From: Cirrosporium novae-zelandiae
Taxonomy: Eukaryota
Reading direction: 5' to 3'
Assembly: GCA_026023565.1 (NCBI GenBank)
Contig: JAPETS010000012.1
Span: 310,001 to 374,000 of the forward strand
Length of the DNA: 64,000 bases
Positions 48,883 to 63,153 of this stretch are shown here, piece by piece (position 1 is the first letter of the stretch; every line of letters begins with the position of its first letter). Under the pieces are notes generated by a model that was given only the letters and a program-made list of their open reading frames with translations, searched no databases and had not been told where the DNA came from. The position numbers and the translations under genes are program-made.

Positions 48883-51340
48883 TCACCTAGTTTTCTTTGC
48901 TTCTGTTCCAGGAGCCAGCCTCTCAATCAATCCTTTGCCCACATCTGCAGTTTCTTCCCATCCACGCTGCCTTGCCCAGAACCGATCACTTGGAGTGCTA
49001 TTATGTAAACTTCCCTCTCTAGCTTCTTCCTCTAATGATGCCCTTGTGATTCTTTCTTGCTTTTCTTGGTTCGGTGGCACGTCCACAGTGGCTTCCAAAA
49101 CCTCTTCTAGATACCGTTTTCGGACTGCGAATTGCTCAGATCGCTGTTTTTGCTGAGCTGGAGAATCAATCTTTGAAATCGCGACGGCTACTGTTTTCTT
49201 GAGTAGAGAATAGCTATGCTCGGAGAAGAATATGGTCAACAGAAGAGCCCAACCCTGGATATTTGTAGGGGTGCCACTAGGACCGACCCCGTCATTTCTG
49301 AAAAGGTAAACGAGAGCTGCGGTAGTAATGCTTCCTAGCCAGGTTAAAAAGCCCAAGCTATCAAGCCAAGGACCAATACTTTCTGCACGGGCAGGGGTGG
49401 GACGTTGCATCTCAACACATATCTTCACAGCATCGGAGCGGAGCTCAATCCAGTTATTGATGAAAAAAGATACTGCTGTGAGGGGCCAGACAACAGAGAA
49501 GAGTGACAGATAACCAAACTAAGAAGATCAGTTTATTTTTAATTTTGTATAGGTTTTCTGTGAGATAGAATACCTGAATGCACATTTCTCGTAGATCATC
49601 GGTCACATCATATTGGCTAAGCTCGGCTTCGTTTCGAACCCGGGCAAGAAACGCGGCTTCTTCTGAATGATCATGGGTTGCAGCATCAGATGTTGCCCCT
49701 CCCTTCCTAGAAGCTCTCTCGGTGGCCATCTCTTGATACTTTCGGAATGCCTTTCGCTTGATATACGGAACGATTGTCTCCATGGCAAAGTTAACTATTT
49801 GAGCCGTAACTGTGAAGTAAATAACCTGCTTTCTTAAACGGTCTGGATTGATTTGGAAGCCCGACTTTGGTGCCCTGAGTTGCTTATCATTCTCCGCGAA
49901 AGGCTTGACTGTCAAGCTGAAGATATCTAGGTATGGAACAATCGTGGAAGCAAATGGCACATAAATGAAGGCTGTAAGAAATATGGGTAGGTAGGAAGTA
50001 ATGAAATTGAGAACGAAGACTTTCTGCGTGAAAGCAGACTCATAACCATCGGTGGTCTCATAATTTTCGTATTCTGTAAGCTTAGTTGCAAAGTTGGTTA
50101 ATAGGGCTGATATTGTAGGGACTGATGTTGTTAAAATTCCAGTAGGGAGAAAAACCTGCGATTGTTAATAAAAGGTAACTGAGAGTTTCAGAAGACTTAG
50201 CAGTGAATACGACTAACCAGAATGCTTTTCAAAGGTCCATCGTAGACCTCCGAGATGAATATTTCGATTCCAAAACAGGTCGCTATGATCGTACCTAAAG
50301 CAACGGCTGCCACTATTGCGAATGGTATTTGGAGTAATTGCCTCCGAAGCCTTTTAGTAGCTGGGAATATATGCACGATTTCACCAGTAACAGGATCTTG
50401 AAGTTCTTGCTCGTGCTTGAATTTCCTTCTCTTTGTTTGGATAGCAGAAACTCCCTTAGTACCCCATTTAATGGCAAGGTCAAGTTCCTGTCGTTTCCAG
50501 TATTCGACAAATATTACACACCAAAGACCGTTAAAAATTGCGTATAGCGGGGAGAAATAACCCAATAGGAGCCACAGCGAGAATCCGAAGACAGCAGGCA
50601 GGGTTAGGAAAGCAAAGTAGCATTGAGTGAACGCAAAATAGAATCCAATCTAAATGAGTTAGCTAGGACTAAGAAAGTTGTTCATTTCAATAATTTACCT
50701 TCTCACCAAATCGATCCCGGATTTGGTCGATGTCCTCAGGCTTTAGGAAAGTTGCAGTGCTCCATTTCTTGATCCATTCCTTATTGTAGACATGATCATG
50801 TAGTAGAAATATCGATTCAACATTCTTCCAATCGCCTTCTTTTGGTGTGATTCCAGCACCTCCTTCAGTTCGTGGTCCTGTAATCATATTGTAGACGATG
50901 CGGAATCGTTCAGCCTCCGTCAAAGGCTCCAGGGTGAGAGATTTCTGGGTCTCTCTGTCTGGCTGTGCCTGACGCACGCCATAAAGCCAATCTCTGACTC
51001 TAAAACTTGTGTTAGTATTAAATGAGGCCAGAACTTGGATGAATGTTTACCTGGATCGGTAAACCAGCCTGGCCAGTCTCTCATCAGAGGCCACCTTTAC
51101 AAAGACCAGGACAGAGCAGTTGCCCCCGTTTCGAACTTCTGTATCTAGTCCGACCTCTCCCAAGGATTGGACAAGTTTTTGGAAGCTAATGACAGCAGCT
51201 TCCTTCTCTGCAAGCTGTGAGCTTGGTTGAGCTAGGCCAAACAAGGAAGACCAACCAGTAGTTGCAAAACGATAGGAAATGACATAGTCAACGTTGAAGT
51301 TATTGGCCAATGAGTTACCAGCCGATTTATGGGAGGCCAT
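48883..51340 (-). CDS. IST2: Anoctamin/TMEM16 family lipid scramblase/channel (Ist2-like), multi-exon
   Basis: NNFNVDYVI, IRDRFGEKIGFYFAF, EYWKRQE..LA..WG, ENYET, FVLNF, YDVTDDLREMCIQ, NNWIELRSD, RAESIGPWL. Confidence 0.9.
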
Positions 51341-52072
51341 AGGGATTCAAAGTGAGGGGACCTGGACTCTCACAAGTCAAGGCCAGTTGAATTTCAAATC
51401 TTCAGTTAAAAATGACACGGAGTTATTTAGGTTTAGGTGTAAATAGATCAGAATTCAAAGCTGAGCCATAGGTCCAGAATAGTTTCTATTATGCCTGGAA
51501 AGGTCCGTTCTTGAAGAAGTAGAGTTAGACAAATATGAGGCCGGACTTGATAAAATAGTAGATACCCAGGTAGTTATAGAACGTAGGTCGTAGTAAAAGG
51601 AGGGGGACTTGAAGCAAGCCCAACCAACATAAACAGGGAAGTGCCAGCGTGGTCGACGTCATTCACCAAGAACCAAGCAAAAACAATATTCCTATCGTTC
51701 CACCATATCAAAAAAATCAAGCTATCTAGACTACACTTGGTGACGATCTTAAGATTAATAATACATAAGTAAAGGTACTTTCTGAATGAATACAAAATCT
51801 CTCATAGACTACAAAGCAAATGATACACCAAGATCCACCATGGACTAAGTAGGTGCCTTGTGATACTTCCATTTAATGCCCATAACCGTGCCCGTTGGCC
51901 TTCTTATGGATCCAACCTTTTATTACTAATACAAAACCCAGAAGACCGAGAGGATTACCATGATGAAGCTCCTTCGGACCTATTACCTATTAAAATCCTT
52001 TTGACACAGTCGAATATTCTTGACTCCAACCCATAAACGACTTTCGGCAAGCCTGCATTAGGACGATACATC

Positions 52073-55000
52073 CTATAAGGCTGTAACAACAGACATCCAT
52101 TTCTGCTCATCTTTCCTATGTAAAGGATTAGCCAAAGAATAAATATAAGGTGGGAAGATAGCTTGAACGCACCCGTCAAAACGCAGCAGCATACTAAGCA
52201 CTGGTATCAACTGCTGCTTATGTTTTTTGTCTTTCTGCTCCAAGAACTGTAGAAGAACGTTCTTTAGATACTCTAGATCGATACCCGCCGATGATTGTGA
52301 ACTAGAAGATTCCACTGCAACTGTACGGGAGTTACCTCTCCCATTGGGTGTTGGGGACCCAACCAACGATCGCGACGATGGAGAGTCAATGGATGATCGT
52401 GTGGATGGTGCCTCCGAACCTCGCCCTACCTTTTTCGAGGTCTGAAGAGAACGAACTTCTTCTGTCATAATCTATAAAACTATTAGAACAGGCCCGACAT
52501 ATGAATTCGTGAGCAACGCACCTTGTTTGTCTTTTGTAGCTTCTCTACACGTAAAGTGCTTTCCTCGACAGCTTTTCGCAGTTCAGTCTTCTGCCTCTCA
52601 AGTTCGCCAGCTTGCTTCTCGCTAGCATCAAGAGCATCCCTTAATTCCCCCATTGCTCTACGGACATCATGAAGTTCTTTGGATGACTGCTCGTCATGTG
52701 CTTCTAATTCCTCACGTCGACGTCTCCACTCTCTCTGAGCGCTTTCGAGCTCTTCCTTCTCTTCCTCCAGAAGCTTGAGACTTCGCTCAGTCTCACGAAC
52801 CTTGTTTTTCATGTCGTCCATCTCCCGGGCTCTGCGACGACTGGCAGCACTAGCTTCATCTTCCGCTCGATCTCGTTCTTCAAGAGCTGCGTCTAATCGT
52901 TCTCTCATTTCTCGGAGCTTGATTTCGGTTCTGCCTTCAGCATCAGCCAATAGGCGACGCATCGTTTCCCCTTCCCTGCTGCGTTCACTTAAAAGCCTGT
53001 GCGCATCAGTTAACTCCTCTTCAAGATTTTCGCACCGTTCTCGGGCTTCTTTCATTTGTGTCGCTATTTCTGAAGTCTGGTCACGCATGCTACTCATCAA
53101 ACTCTGGGCACTGGCATGTTGTGCTGTCTTGAGCTGAATTTCATCCCGTAATCCATTGGCGTCGCGGGTCAACCCTACTACCTTTTCCTCCAGTTCGCGA
53201 AGTTGACCTCGACAGTTACGTAATTCTTCTTGCGCCTTCGCTAGATCTCTTGAATTCTGATCTCGAGCCTCAACCGCGTCTTGCCGTTTTGTTTCTGCTA
53301 CTTTAAGCTCGGAAACCTTGGTGCTAAGATATTGCTCAGCCTTTAGTCGATTGCTTAGTTCTTGTTCAATCTTTTGATTGAGTGTCTTGACGTCCGTTTC
53401 TCGATCGGAGATGCGATTTTTAAGACCGATCAATTCTGTGCTCAAATCCTCATTACGTGACTCGAGCCTTCGAATCTCAGAGTTCCTTTGATTAAGCTCA
53501 TCTTTGGCAGCTCGAAGGCCAGCAACCTCATTCCGTAAAGAGCGCAGCTCAGGTTGTGCTTTTTGTAAGGCCTCTCTCAGGTCCGTCATCTGCTTGAAGC
53601 GCGACGCAGCTAATTCCTGTGCTGCAGAAAGGTCTGTTTGTAGCGTTGTAGCCTTTATTCTCAAATCCTCAAATTCTGCCGTCAAGGATTCATGTGCCTC
53701 CGAGGATGAAGCAGCTTCAGCGTATTTTGCACTCATCTCTGCGAGCTCGGTCTCCACCTTACGAAGACTGGTTTCAAGGGATGTCTTTTCACTTTGTAAA
53801 CTTTTGATTTTGTCCTTAGCTTCAACATGTTCCTGGCCAACATTTATTAGCTCATACCGCAACTCCTCTATCTCCTCTTGAAGATCTGCCTCGTTTTTAC
53901 GCCTCGAATATGCTTCTTCGAGTGCCCTATCCTTCTCTTGGATTTTCAGTTTTAGTTCGGTAATTTCCTGCTGCAAATCCAGGATCCCGCCATCTACTTC
54001 TGTCATGGTACCACGAGACTCCTCACTCGTTTGCTGAACTGTAGGGGGGTTGCTAGGTGGGGAAACATGCCCCTGCTCTGGGGGATTTGTTTGCGCTGCA
54101 GGCCCTTTGCCACCTTTCCTATTCTTCTTCTTCCTTCTTGCACTTGATGCTGTGTTAATTGCTGGTTTTTTTGTAGACTGGCTCCCACTATCGGCAATGG
54201 CGGTGGGTAAAGTGCCACGGTTATGTGCGTCTGAGGACTTGGCAGTCACCTCTACCTCGAGCTGAGTGATTGTATCCCGAAGTTCCCTTGTCGCATTTTC
54301 TTTCTTCGAAATTTCAAGCTTTAAGCCCTCGTTTTTATTTTCGGCGTCTTTTAGCTGGCGCTTCAGGTTGTCAACTACCCCCGTAAGTATCGATACTCTT
54401 TTCGCGTTGCTCTCGTCTCGGGGGCTATTTCTGGGTTTTGATATTTCAGCGGCTTTAAGCCTCTCCAGCTCAGCTTCAACAGAACTCTTTTGCTCTTCTA
54501 GTTTCCTCAGATTCTCGCTTTGACTCTCAGCATCTCGAAGTTTCAATTTGAGAGTGTCAACCATGTTCGAAAGCTCAGACAGCCTCTCCTGGTTTTGCTC
54601 ATCTTCAGTCTTATTTTGACCGTCCGGTTTATTGGCTGCCTGCAGTTTATCCATTTCTGCCTTAAGTGAGCTAATTTGCTCTACCAGCTTGCGCTTTTCC
54701 TGTTCCAGATCTTGAACCTTTTCCTGTGACGAGTTGACTTTCTCCGTGAAACTAGCCTTTTCCATTTCCCAATTCGAACGAATAGTCTGCATTTCAGACT
54801 CTTGACGATCTTTTTGATCCTTCAGAATATTCAGTTCTCGGCCTGCTGATTCTAGGCTTTGAGCCATACTCTCCGTGGATTCTCGAGCCACTTCTAAGTC
54901 ACTTTTCAGGGTCTTTACTTCTATTTGCAGATCGCCTACCTCGATCTGACGTGCTTTAAGCTCCGCCTGAAGACGAGGAACTTCTTCATCGAAAGAGAAA

Positions 55001-56039
55001 AGATCCCCACTTTCGTTTTGTTCAACGCTTTCCGCTAATTCTTCTGGTTTTGGCTTCGGGGAGAATAATGACATCCCCGGAAAAGACGTATGGCGTGGTT
55101 TTATGGAAGGTGATAGTGGATTTTCAGAAAGTGCAGGAGAATTAAACTGGCTAGTAACAGGTGGGCCATGATTTGGTATTGCGATTTGCGCTTGCGAGGT
55201 TTGGGGTGGTTTTTCTGCAGCCTCCTTTTTAAGTCTAGCGACATCATCAAATGCTTCTTTGGTTTTCTTCTCGGCATCCTCAAGTTTCAACTTAAACGCA
55301 TCGCGATCGGCTGTCACTCTCTTCAGCTCTTCCAAGTACATGTCCACCTTAAGGGTTTGTTGGTTGAGATATTCGACGAGGGCTTGAGGCTCAGTTATCG
55401 ATGTGAGCGGTGTGTTCTCACGGAGTGTTGTTTCGAATGGCTCAATAGATTGTACTCTAGCATGTGCGACCCGATACGCGTTTAGAAGATCTAAGGCCAA
55501 ATTAGCATCAGTCCCGCCAGTGCACTTATGTTTATATGAATACCATTGTAACGGGGCTCCAACTTTTCAAGTCTTCGAAGTTTCACTTTGACATCCGTAG
55601 GGATCTCTCGTTCTAGTACAGGGATGACACCGCTCTCTTCAAGGACTGGGTCTTTGTTACCAAGGCCCGGGGTCTGTCCCGGAAGCCCTCTGTCTGTGTC
55701 CATGGTGGTATCGGATTTTTCAAGTGAAGGTTTCGGGGTAGTTGCTCTACTTAATGGGTCCTCGTCTCCGACGGTAAATGTAGTTTCGAATTCAGCGGGA
55801 TCAGGAGCTCTAGTTTGTTCCCCATTTTCTCGCCTTGTTCGTGTTCGCCTGGGAGAAGCGGTACGAGAATTCGTTCGCCTTGCCGAATTCGATCTTGGAG
55901 GTGGTGACTGTGTGGCTCTTTGGCGTGCTTGCTCCTCTGCTATTCGAGCATCGATGGCGCCTTTTAGACGCTTGAAAGGTTGAGACATTAGAATGATAAT
56001 TATTTGGATGAGGATTTAGGAGAAACTAACCTGGAACAT
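52073..56039 (-). CDS. IMH1: GRIP-domain coiled-coil golgin (Imh1-like)
   Basis: Micro-exon MFQ (56039) spliced to RLKGAIDARIAEEQARQ, about 1000 aa of coiled coil, and C-terminal GRIP motif DLEYLKNVLLQFLEQKDK...QLIPVLSMLLRFD. Confidence 0.88.
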
Positions 56040-56486
56040 TTTCCGCTATTCAAATAGCGCTTTTCATGGCGGCAAAATATGGTTGAGCACAAAGAAACGA
56101 AAGTAAGATGAAGTAAAAAATGGAGTCAGCTCCTCCTGACATGAATGAAGAATAAATGATCTGCACCCCCATTAGCAGCCAGATTGATTTCGGCTTTGAC
56201 CAAGTTGAAGCTACTACTGTAAGTACGGGAACAGATACTAACCATAAAAGGTTAGACTAGGGCATTCATGAGGCATCAATATTCAGCCCTATGACATGCT
56301 GTCGAAATGATGCCAGCAGGAAGGAACTTCTAAATGTTAATCTACCCCTCTGTTCGTTCCCTTCTATTTTTCACCCAACATTTATGGCCAGAAACACAAT
56401 CATGGCTTAGTAAATGATTTTAAATAAATATTTCATATCGCCCCTGTCTCCTAAAGTGTACTTCGAGAAATCGAAACGCGTTCACT

Positions 56487-57798
56487 ATGGCTTCTCTTTG
56501 GCCTTGGCGGGTTAGTCTCCATGTCGAAGTACATTGACAGGAAACTTATCTCCAAACAGCGCGGTGATACCCCAGAATCATTCGAGAGGAAGTTATCCAC
56601 CCTATCAAAACAGATCTCAAAGAATACTATCAAAGTCGATGGGCAGAGACAACGTTCGAGACGATTAAAGGTCCTCTGGACTCTTTACATATCCTTTGCC
56701 TACATCCTCTACTCGGTCATCCTCACTCTTGTTGTTGGCTTCAAGAACTGGGGGACTATTGAATACGCTGCTGTGTTTAGTGGCCCACTAGTGTACGTCT
56801 TGGAATACAATCGCTTGCTTCATCCATGAATATTAAATCGTTGTTCCAGGATCTATACTGTCAGATTGGCATTCACTGCGTTTTATGACTTTCGTATATC
56901 CTCTACTCAAGCTTATCTAGATGGGTTGCATAAACAACGAGATGCTACGATTGAAAAGCTTAAGGCTGCGACAAAGTATAACACCACGCAGCAGCTTTTG
57001 GAGAAATATGGAGGGGCGCCTTCATCCAAGTCAAAGACACATCGCAACGCCGATAGACAGAAGGGCCAGAGCCTCGAAGTCGACAACAGTCCACAAACAC
57101 CGAAAGGTGGAAGAACGGGGTTTGCCCCACCCCCAACTGCAAACGTTCCAAGGAGAAGCGTCTCTCTTAGTCCAAAGGGCATGGCTCACCCATCCTCTCC
57201 TGATATGGCTGGTAATATTCCGCCTCGAGCAAATGTTACCGGAATCGATCGACCTGCGTCTCTACATTCGCATCCAATAAATGAAGAGTTCGCACCCAAT
57301 GCTTTCCCAACCCCAACACAATATTCGATACCCGAGCAACCTAGATGGTACGATCGACTGATGGATGTGTTACTTGGAGAAGACGAAAATCTTCCTAAAA
57401 ATAGGATGGCCTTGATCTGTAAGCATTGCAGGCTTGTGAATGGGCAGGCTCCTCCTGGTCTCATGAGGTTGGAGGATGTTGGGAGATGGAAATGTGGTGG
57501 ATGTGGTGGATGGAATGGGGTCGAAGATGAAGTCAGGAAGATGGTTGCTAGGATTAAAGAAGCACCTACAGAAGATGAGTATGTCCCTATATCAAAAGGC
57601 GACGAAAGCTCTATCAAAGAGGAAACTTCGCAAGGCAGTGACGTTGAAGACGAAGGCAAAGCAGCTAATCCAAATGACAATACTTCAACACCTTCGGAGG
57701 GGGTGGTCTCTCCAGATAGTGATTCCAGTATTGATAAAGACCAGGTGAAGCACAGTTTGAACTCTAAGAAGCGGCGAGAGAAAGCTAAAGATAGTTGA
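56487..57798 (+). CDS. LNP1: Lunapark ER junction protein
   Basis: MASLWPWR exon, FERKLSTLS, two TM helices, IEKLKAATKYNTTQQLLEKY, WYDRLMDVLLGEDE, and zinc finger ALICKHC.LVNGQAPPG...WKCGGCG. Confidence 0.93.
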
Positions 57799-58242
57799 GG
57801 TGCTGTGTTCGTGGTTTCATCATTAGTTGAGAATAACTGATTTACTAGCAGAAGCTACATAAAACCTTCCATTGATCCCAGAGCTTTGTTTGCGTGAACA
57901 CATCACAATTTTCGAAACATATCACGAGGACGTTAACCATTACAGCTTTCCGTCTTCCTCTATGGTTTCTTATTCCTTTTCCTTCTAACTAATAGTGTAG
58001 TATTGAAATTTCCAAACTTTGACTTTGTTAGAAAAATTCGAACTTGGAGATTCTTCAAGCTATTGCTTATTTTAACTAAACTCGAAAGTCTTAAGGTAAC
58101 CACCATTCTTGTTTGCTAGCCTTAATTATTGATGTTCCTTCACCCAGGAACCGTTTGTTGTTACATTATAGTTTATACCATGGAATGTTACTTCAATAGG
58201 TTCTCCGTGAGTAATCCTAAATACATTTAAATAATACTGCTG

Positions 58243-58533
58243 CTACTCTTCTGCCGTCAGATCTCTTAATAGTAGACAAGGGGTATCTAGAATACAGCCA
58301 TTTGGCATCTCAAACTCATTTAATTTTTGCCCTCGATCGTCTTGTTCGGCGTCTGTGAGAGTTGAATTGTCTCTTTTGCTATGATTCGACTCAAAAGCAT
58401 TGTTTAGAGTGCGTCGTGAATGGCTAGGCGGGAATAGCTTTGCTGGTTCATTTGGGATAGGTATGACGCCGATGAGACTGAGAAGCCCCGCGCAGAGGAG
58501 GAAGATAAATTTGGAGCACTGGAGCGGATACAT
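58243..58533 (-). CDS. Small secreted precursor (~96 aa) with RR/KR sites and a C-terminal Cys pair
   Basis: Signal-like FIFLLCAGLLSLIGVIPIP, HSRR, HSKR, and GCILDTPCL. TATAAA lies at 58672-58677 upstream. Confidence 0.55.
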   Translation of the reverse strand: MYPLQCSKFIFLLCAGLLSLIGVIPIPNEPAKLFPPSHSRRTLNNAFESNHSKRDNSTLTDAEQDDRGQKLNEFEMPNGCILDTPCLLLRDLTAEE

Positions 58534-60732
58534 GGTACTCACTCAAGATGGCAGAGGAGGATATGGATTCAGGGGCGAGAGAGTCGCTGGTGATTCTAGC
58601 TACTATAGACTTGTAGCTGATATGATAAGGATGCTTGACTGAGAGGGAGAATGTTCGGATGTGTGCTCGGCTTTATATGATAACTCGGACCATGGGACTG
58701 TCATCTCTACCCGATTCATAAGCATATCGGCGAGGCCATGCTGAGAGCACTGACACCCCGTTCTATAGCTCCCTCAAAGATCCTGGACCGACCGATTCAC
58801 CACAAGTGTATTGTTTGCTCAGCTACTATCCACCATCTCCCCATTGGAAAAAAAAAACCCTTCGGGAGATCAAATGTAACTTTATCAATTACTCCTGCAC
58901 AATTCCACTTACATATTCCCGATAAATAGATCAACTTAGGGATTTTTAAAGCTCGATCGATCAGTCGATCCAAGCCAGAAAGCAAGGGCAGATATTCAAT
59001 ACCTTCTAAATATCCAGGAATTAACATCCCCAACACACACACTTAAATGATTATATCACCGTCATCAATCAAAACGTATAGATCTGTTCCAAACAAAAAC
59101 ATACCTAAAAAATAAATTTTTTATATTTCCCCAAGAACAAGAAATCCTCTGTGACATCTCCTAAGGGGCTCGTGAGGGCGACGATAGAGCATAGAGAGAG
59201 CGAAGAAAAAAAGAAAGAAAGAAAAATTAAGTCTCTAGCTTGTTGAGGGTTTCAGACTCCAAAACCGTGACATGCGAGAAGCGAAGAGATAAAGAAGCCG
59301 AGCACCTTCTAGACTCTCTTCTAGAGATTTAGGTTAGGCTTTGGGGTATTTGATGTATCTCTAATGCACCCATCCTGTCATTGCTCTCTGTTATTTGAGA
59401 CTTGTAGCTAAAAGGAAGGAAATACTAGGTACCTAGGTACTTTAGGTAAATATGAGACCTTTGATGGCCATATTCTGTTGATACGGTTAGTTAGCCCCGA
59501 GTTTGCCTGTATAATCCCTAAACTCGAGAATCGTGATTTTTTATTTATCATGAGATTATACTTGGATTTGTGGAATCGGCGTTTTTTCTTCGCCATCTCA
59601 CTTCACTTCGCCTGAACGTGATATTCAATTAATCGCCGAATAAGGGTTTCTCGAGATCTAGCTTTCGAAAAGAAACCTTATCCTATCTTTGCATACTAGA
59701 TCTGGTCAATCAACCACTGATCTTAGAATACTCCCTCTGAAAGACCACAGTGGTAATAATATTGGATCTAATCCATACTCCCCCACTCTTCTTCATCCCA
59801 ATTTTCGCCATCATTCCCCTGATGATCCCTATTGGCATGCAGGCGGTAACAATTGGGAGAATCGATTTCTCTGAAATCGCTCCGTTAGATGTGAACCGTA
59901 TCGGTGAAAAGTATCACATGGGTCTGATTGAAACGATTTATTGTTAGTGTTGATATTTCTTTATACAATGACAATATAGAATCTTTGGGCGATCTAGTAA
60001 AGTTGCAGCATCTCCAGCCTCCGTGTTTCCGATCATTCTTCAATTGAATATAAATAATGACGGGTAGAAAAATTCGGGCAAAAAAATAGGATAAAGCACA
60101 TCGTCATCAATAATGTGCTCTTCCGAAAGTCAATTAGATATATCATATATGTGAATCAATTAGACCGTTGCTCTCATAAGCTCGTTAGTGTGCCAGTAAA
60201 CTATGACTGCCAATCATGAAAACGACTCCTTGGATAAGGGAGCATTTTACTTGGTGATGAATCCTATGTTAATTAGTTCCAAGGTTCTCATCCTCAATTG
60301 CAAAATTTGCCGATATTTATTGGAGAGGGGAGTAGTTGTTCATCCTGCACGGCTCCAACTCTGCCCACTATCGCTATAAACATGGAGGAGTTGAAAGTTT
60401 TCATAGCAATAGAGGCTGAATGAAGATTAATGAGAGCAAATGATGAAGCTCGAAAATTAAAAAAACTCGAGGAAGTCGAATAATAATTACATAGGGAATT
60501 TCAACTCGACGACGGTTTAGAATGAAGGAAAAGCGTTAGTCTAGTGTAATTAACTCTAACGGTAATCGGCGTTTTAATTATTTACGCCGCGATTTCACTT
60601 TCATCGTCTGATCCATCTCTCCTTAGACTGACGAGAGTTCCCATGCTTGCTTCATAAGAATATGTCATGCCTCGTCTCATCACAAATATTTCCTTGTCTC
60701 CTTGGTAATGGCCTATCCCACATATAGTCCCA

Positions 60733-61798
60733 TCAGAAGCGTCTCCCCAAAGAACTTGAGGATGGAACTTTACCTTTAGGTTCAAACAGAGGCCTGTGTA
60801 TGGCAACCTCCTGGTTTACGTCCATACCAGCAAGGCCACATTCCTTTTCATTCAACTCACTTTTTTCTCGACGAAGAACATCTCCACCCAACTCATTATG
60901 GTCTTCTTGTACGTTATCCTTAGCCTTTGACAATGGGTTGTTCACACGTTTCTGCTTGTAATCAGCTACACGCGTCATACTCGACGGTTCTTTTCGAGTC
61001 GGAAGGCTTGTTTCCATAGCATCAGCTAATTCATGCCTCTTGCTTTTCATCCTATATTGATTGTGTCTGGATGAAATCGGGTTTCGCCTCCGCTGGGAGT
61101 ATGAAGTCCTCTGCTTCTCCTCTTTGCCTCTCCATGTTGCCAACAACTGTTTTCTTCTATCGGCTTGTTTCCACGCAACCGGACGTTTCCATGTAACGGT
61201 AATATCCTCCGTGGTGTCATCGCTACTCCATTCTTTGATACCCTCCTCACTGCCATAGTCATCCTTGCTGCTTGGTCGACCGGGAGGCCGCAAATTATCT
61301 TCTCCACTAGGCTGTAAAAGACATCTTTCCAGGAGGGCCCTTTTACCTCTAGTCTGCTCAGAGAACCTTTCTAAGCGAGCCCTCTCCCTACTTCGAGCTC
61401 GTGCTCTTTCACGTATCTTCCAATGTTGTTCATGAACCGCCTCCTTCGCTTTCCAGGCTAAGGTGAATGCGACGTCATTGACAGTAGAGAGGCCTTGATT
61501 CAAAATGCTCTTTGCTGTATGATATGCGTTTTCGCTTGGACCAGGAGGGGTGTATCCAACTTGTGCATTCGGATCCTATCACGTCATATAAGCAATCTGA
61601 GTAGCTTTCCAATAGGTCTGCAAAAATACAACTTACCCATACGTTATAAACATTCACATCAATAACCTCGAAGTCATCTTCGCTGACCTCGGATGGGCTA
61701 TACTTTCTTTGTCTCGCTAGGAAGTCATCATCCCCCCGTTGACCTCTGACGGCTTGACTTGCATTTGCGAATGCGTCTTGGGGTTTTCTGTCAAACAT
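60733..61798 (-). CDS. Hypothetical basic, low-complexity protein (two exons)
   Basis: Exon 1 (MFDRKPQ...VYNVW) is joined in frame by a GTAAGT...GATAG intron to the 256-aa ORF. No recognisable domain; the 3' end is uncertain. Confidence 0.5.
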
Positions 61799-63153
61799 GT
61801 TCACGGGGACACGAAATGAATGGAATTTGATTCATGCGCTCTTTACTGGAATGCCGTGATAATGACGAAAAAAGAGAGCCGAGCCGTTTGCTGCAATTCA
61901 GTTGAGCTAGATCCTAGGCGATAATGATCTCAGATGTCGAATTTTAGGAATACCAAACACATTTGAGTAGGAAAGGTGTAGGTATGATGTCTAGAGGATT
62001 ATTAGTGAGGTGTAGGATCTCTAAGGTGAGTAAGTCAACAGGTAGAGAGTTAAAGGGAAGAAACAAGTGATAGTGATACCAGAGGACGCTTCACTTGCTA
62101 TCACTTTACCAACGCCGCAGATTAATGTAAGCAGTCTTGTGAACCGCTCATCTATTTCAAAGTTGAGCAGCCCTCGACAAGCAAGTCGTGCTCCCTCGCA
62201 CAAATGCCAATAATTTTTATTCAAATATTGTAGGTGTTGAGCCGCCCGTGATAACCTATAACCGGAAAAAGACAGGTTAAAGTCGACCACAAGACAAGAA
62301 TCATTTATTCAACATTTCAATTCTAAACTTACAAACTCGTGCTAGATTATTCTATTTATTGTTGCAACGACTTTGGACGCGCACAGCTTGGGGCAAGCAA
62401 GCACCTTCGAATTCGGAATACCTCTAATTATCTACCTACCTGGACTCTTCTAGGACTGATCTAGTAAATATCTTAATTCTATGGGGGTCATCGAACTGTG
62501 TTGGGTAATGACCTTTTTACGCTCAACCCTCAGGCTAAAGCCTAAATGTCTAACAGTGTGAAAGCGCAATGCCCCTCCCTTCCAGGCAGCAAACAAACAA
62601 AGTAGAATTTTCCGGAGGTACAGTACCTTGAGGGGACGAGAAGAAAAAAACTGTACCTCGGTCATTTTTATCAATTTCCATCTCCATTTCTTTGTAGCAG
62701 CACACAGCAGAGGTGATTTCCATCTATAAAACGTTAACCGACTACCCAGCCCCCCCCATCTCTCAACTTCTCAAATAACAAGATCAAGAACACTCAAATT
62801 AAAACCCAAAAATTAAATGTATTAATATTAATTACCGTTCTAGTGAAACTTGCCCAACCAAAAGTCCGAACCAAAGCATGTTATCTATGGATCTACTCCG
62901 TGCTGTGTATAGGTCTAGTTATACCATCACCATCACCAAACATCGTACAAGTATAGGAAAAAAGCGAAAAAAAAACAACATCCAAATCCCCATAGCTATA
63001 GTCCTTACGCCATCCCATATTAGGAACCCAAGAGTAGAGAAACCACATCTGCCCATAGCTCCAACGAACGAACGAATAAATCACCTAAATTCTCCCCCAC
63101 CCCTGATTAATCTATCGACCTGTCTTGTCTCATCTATATCACTATTGTTTAAT

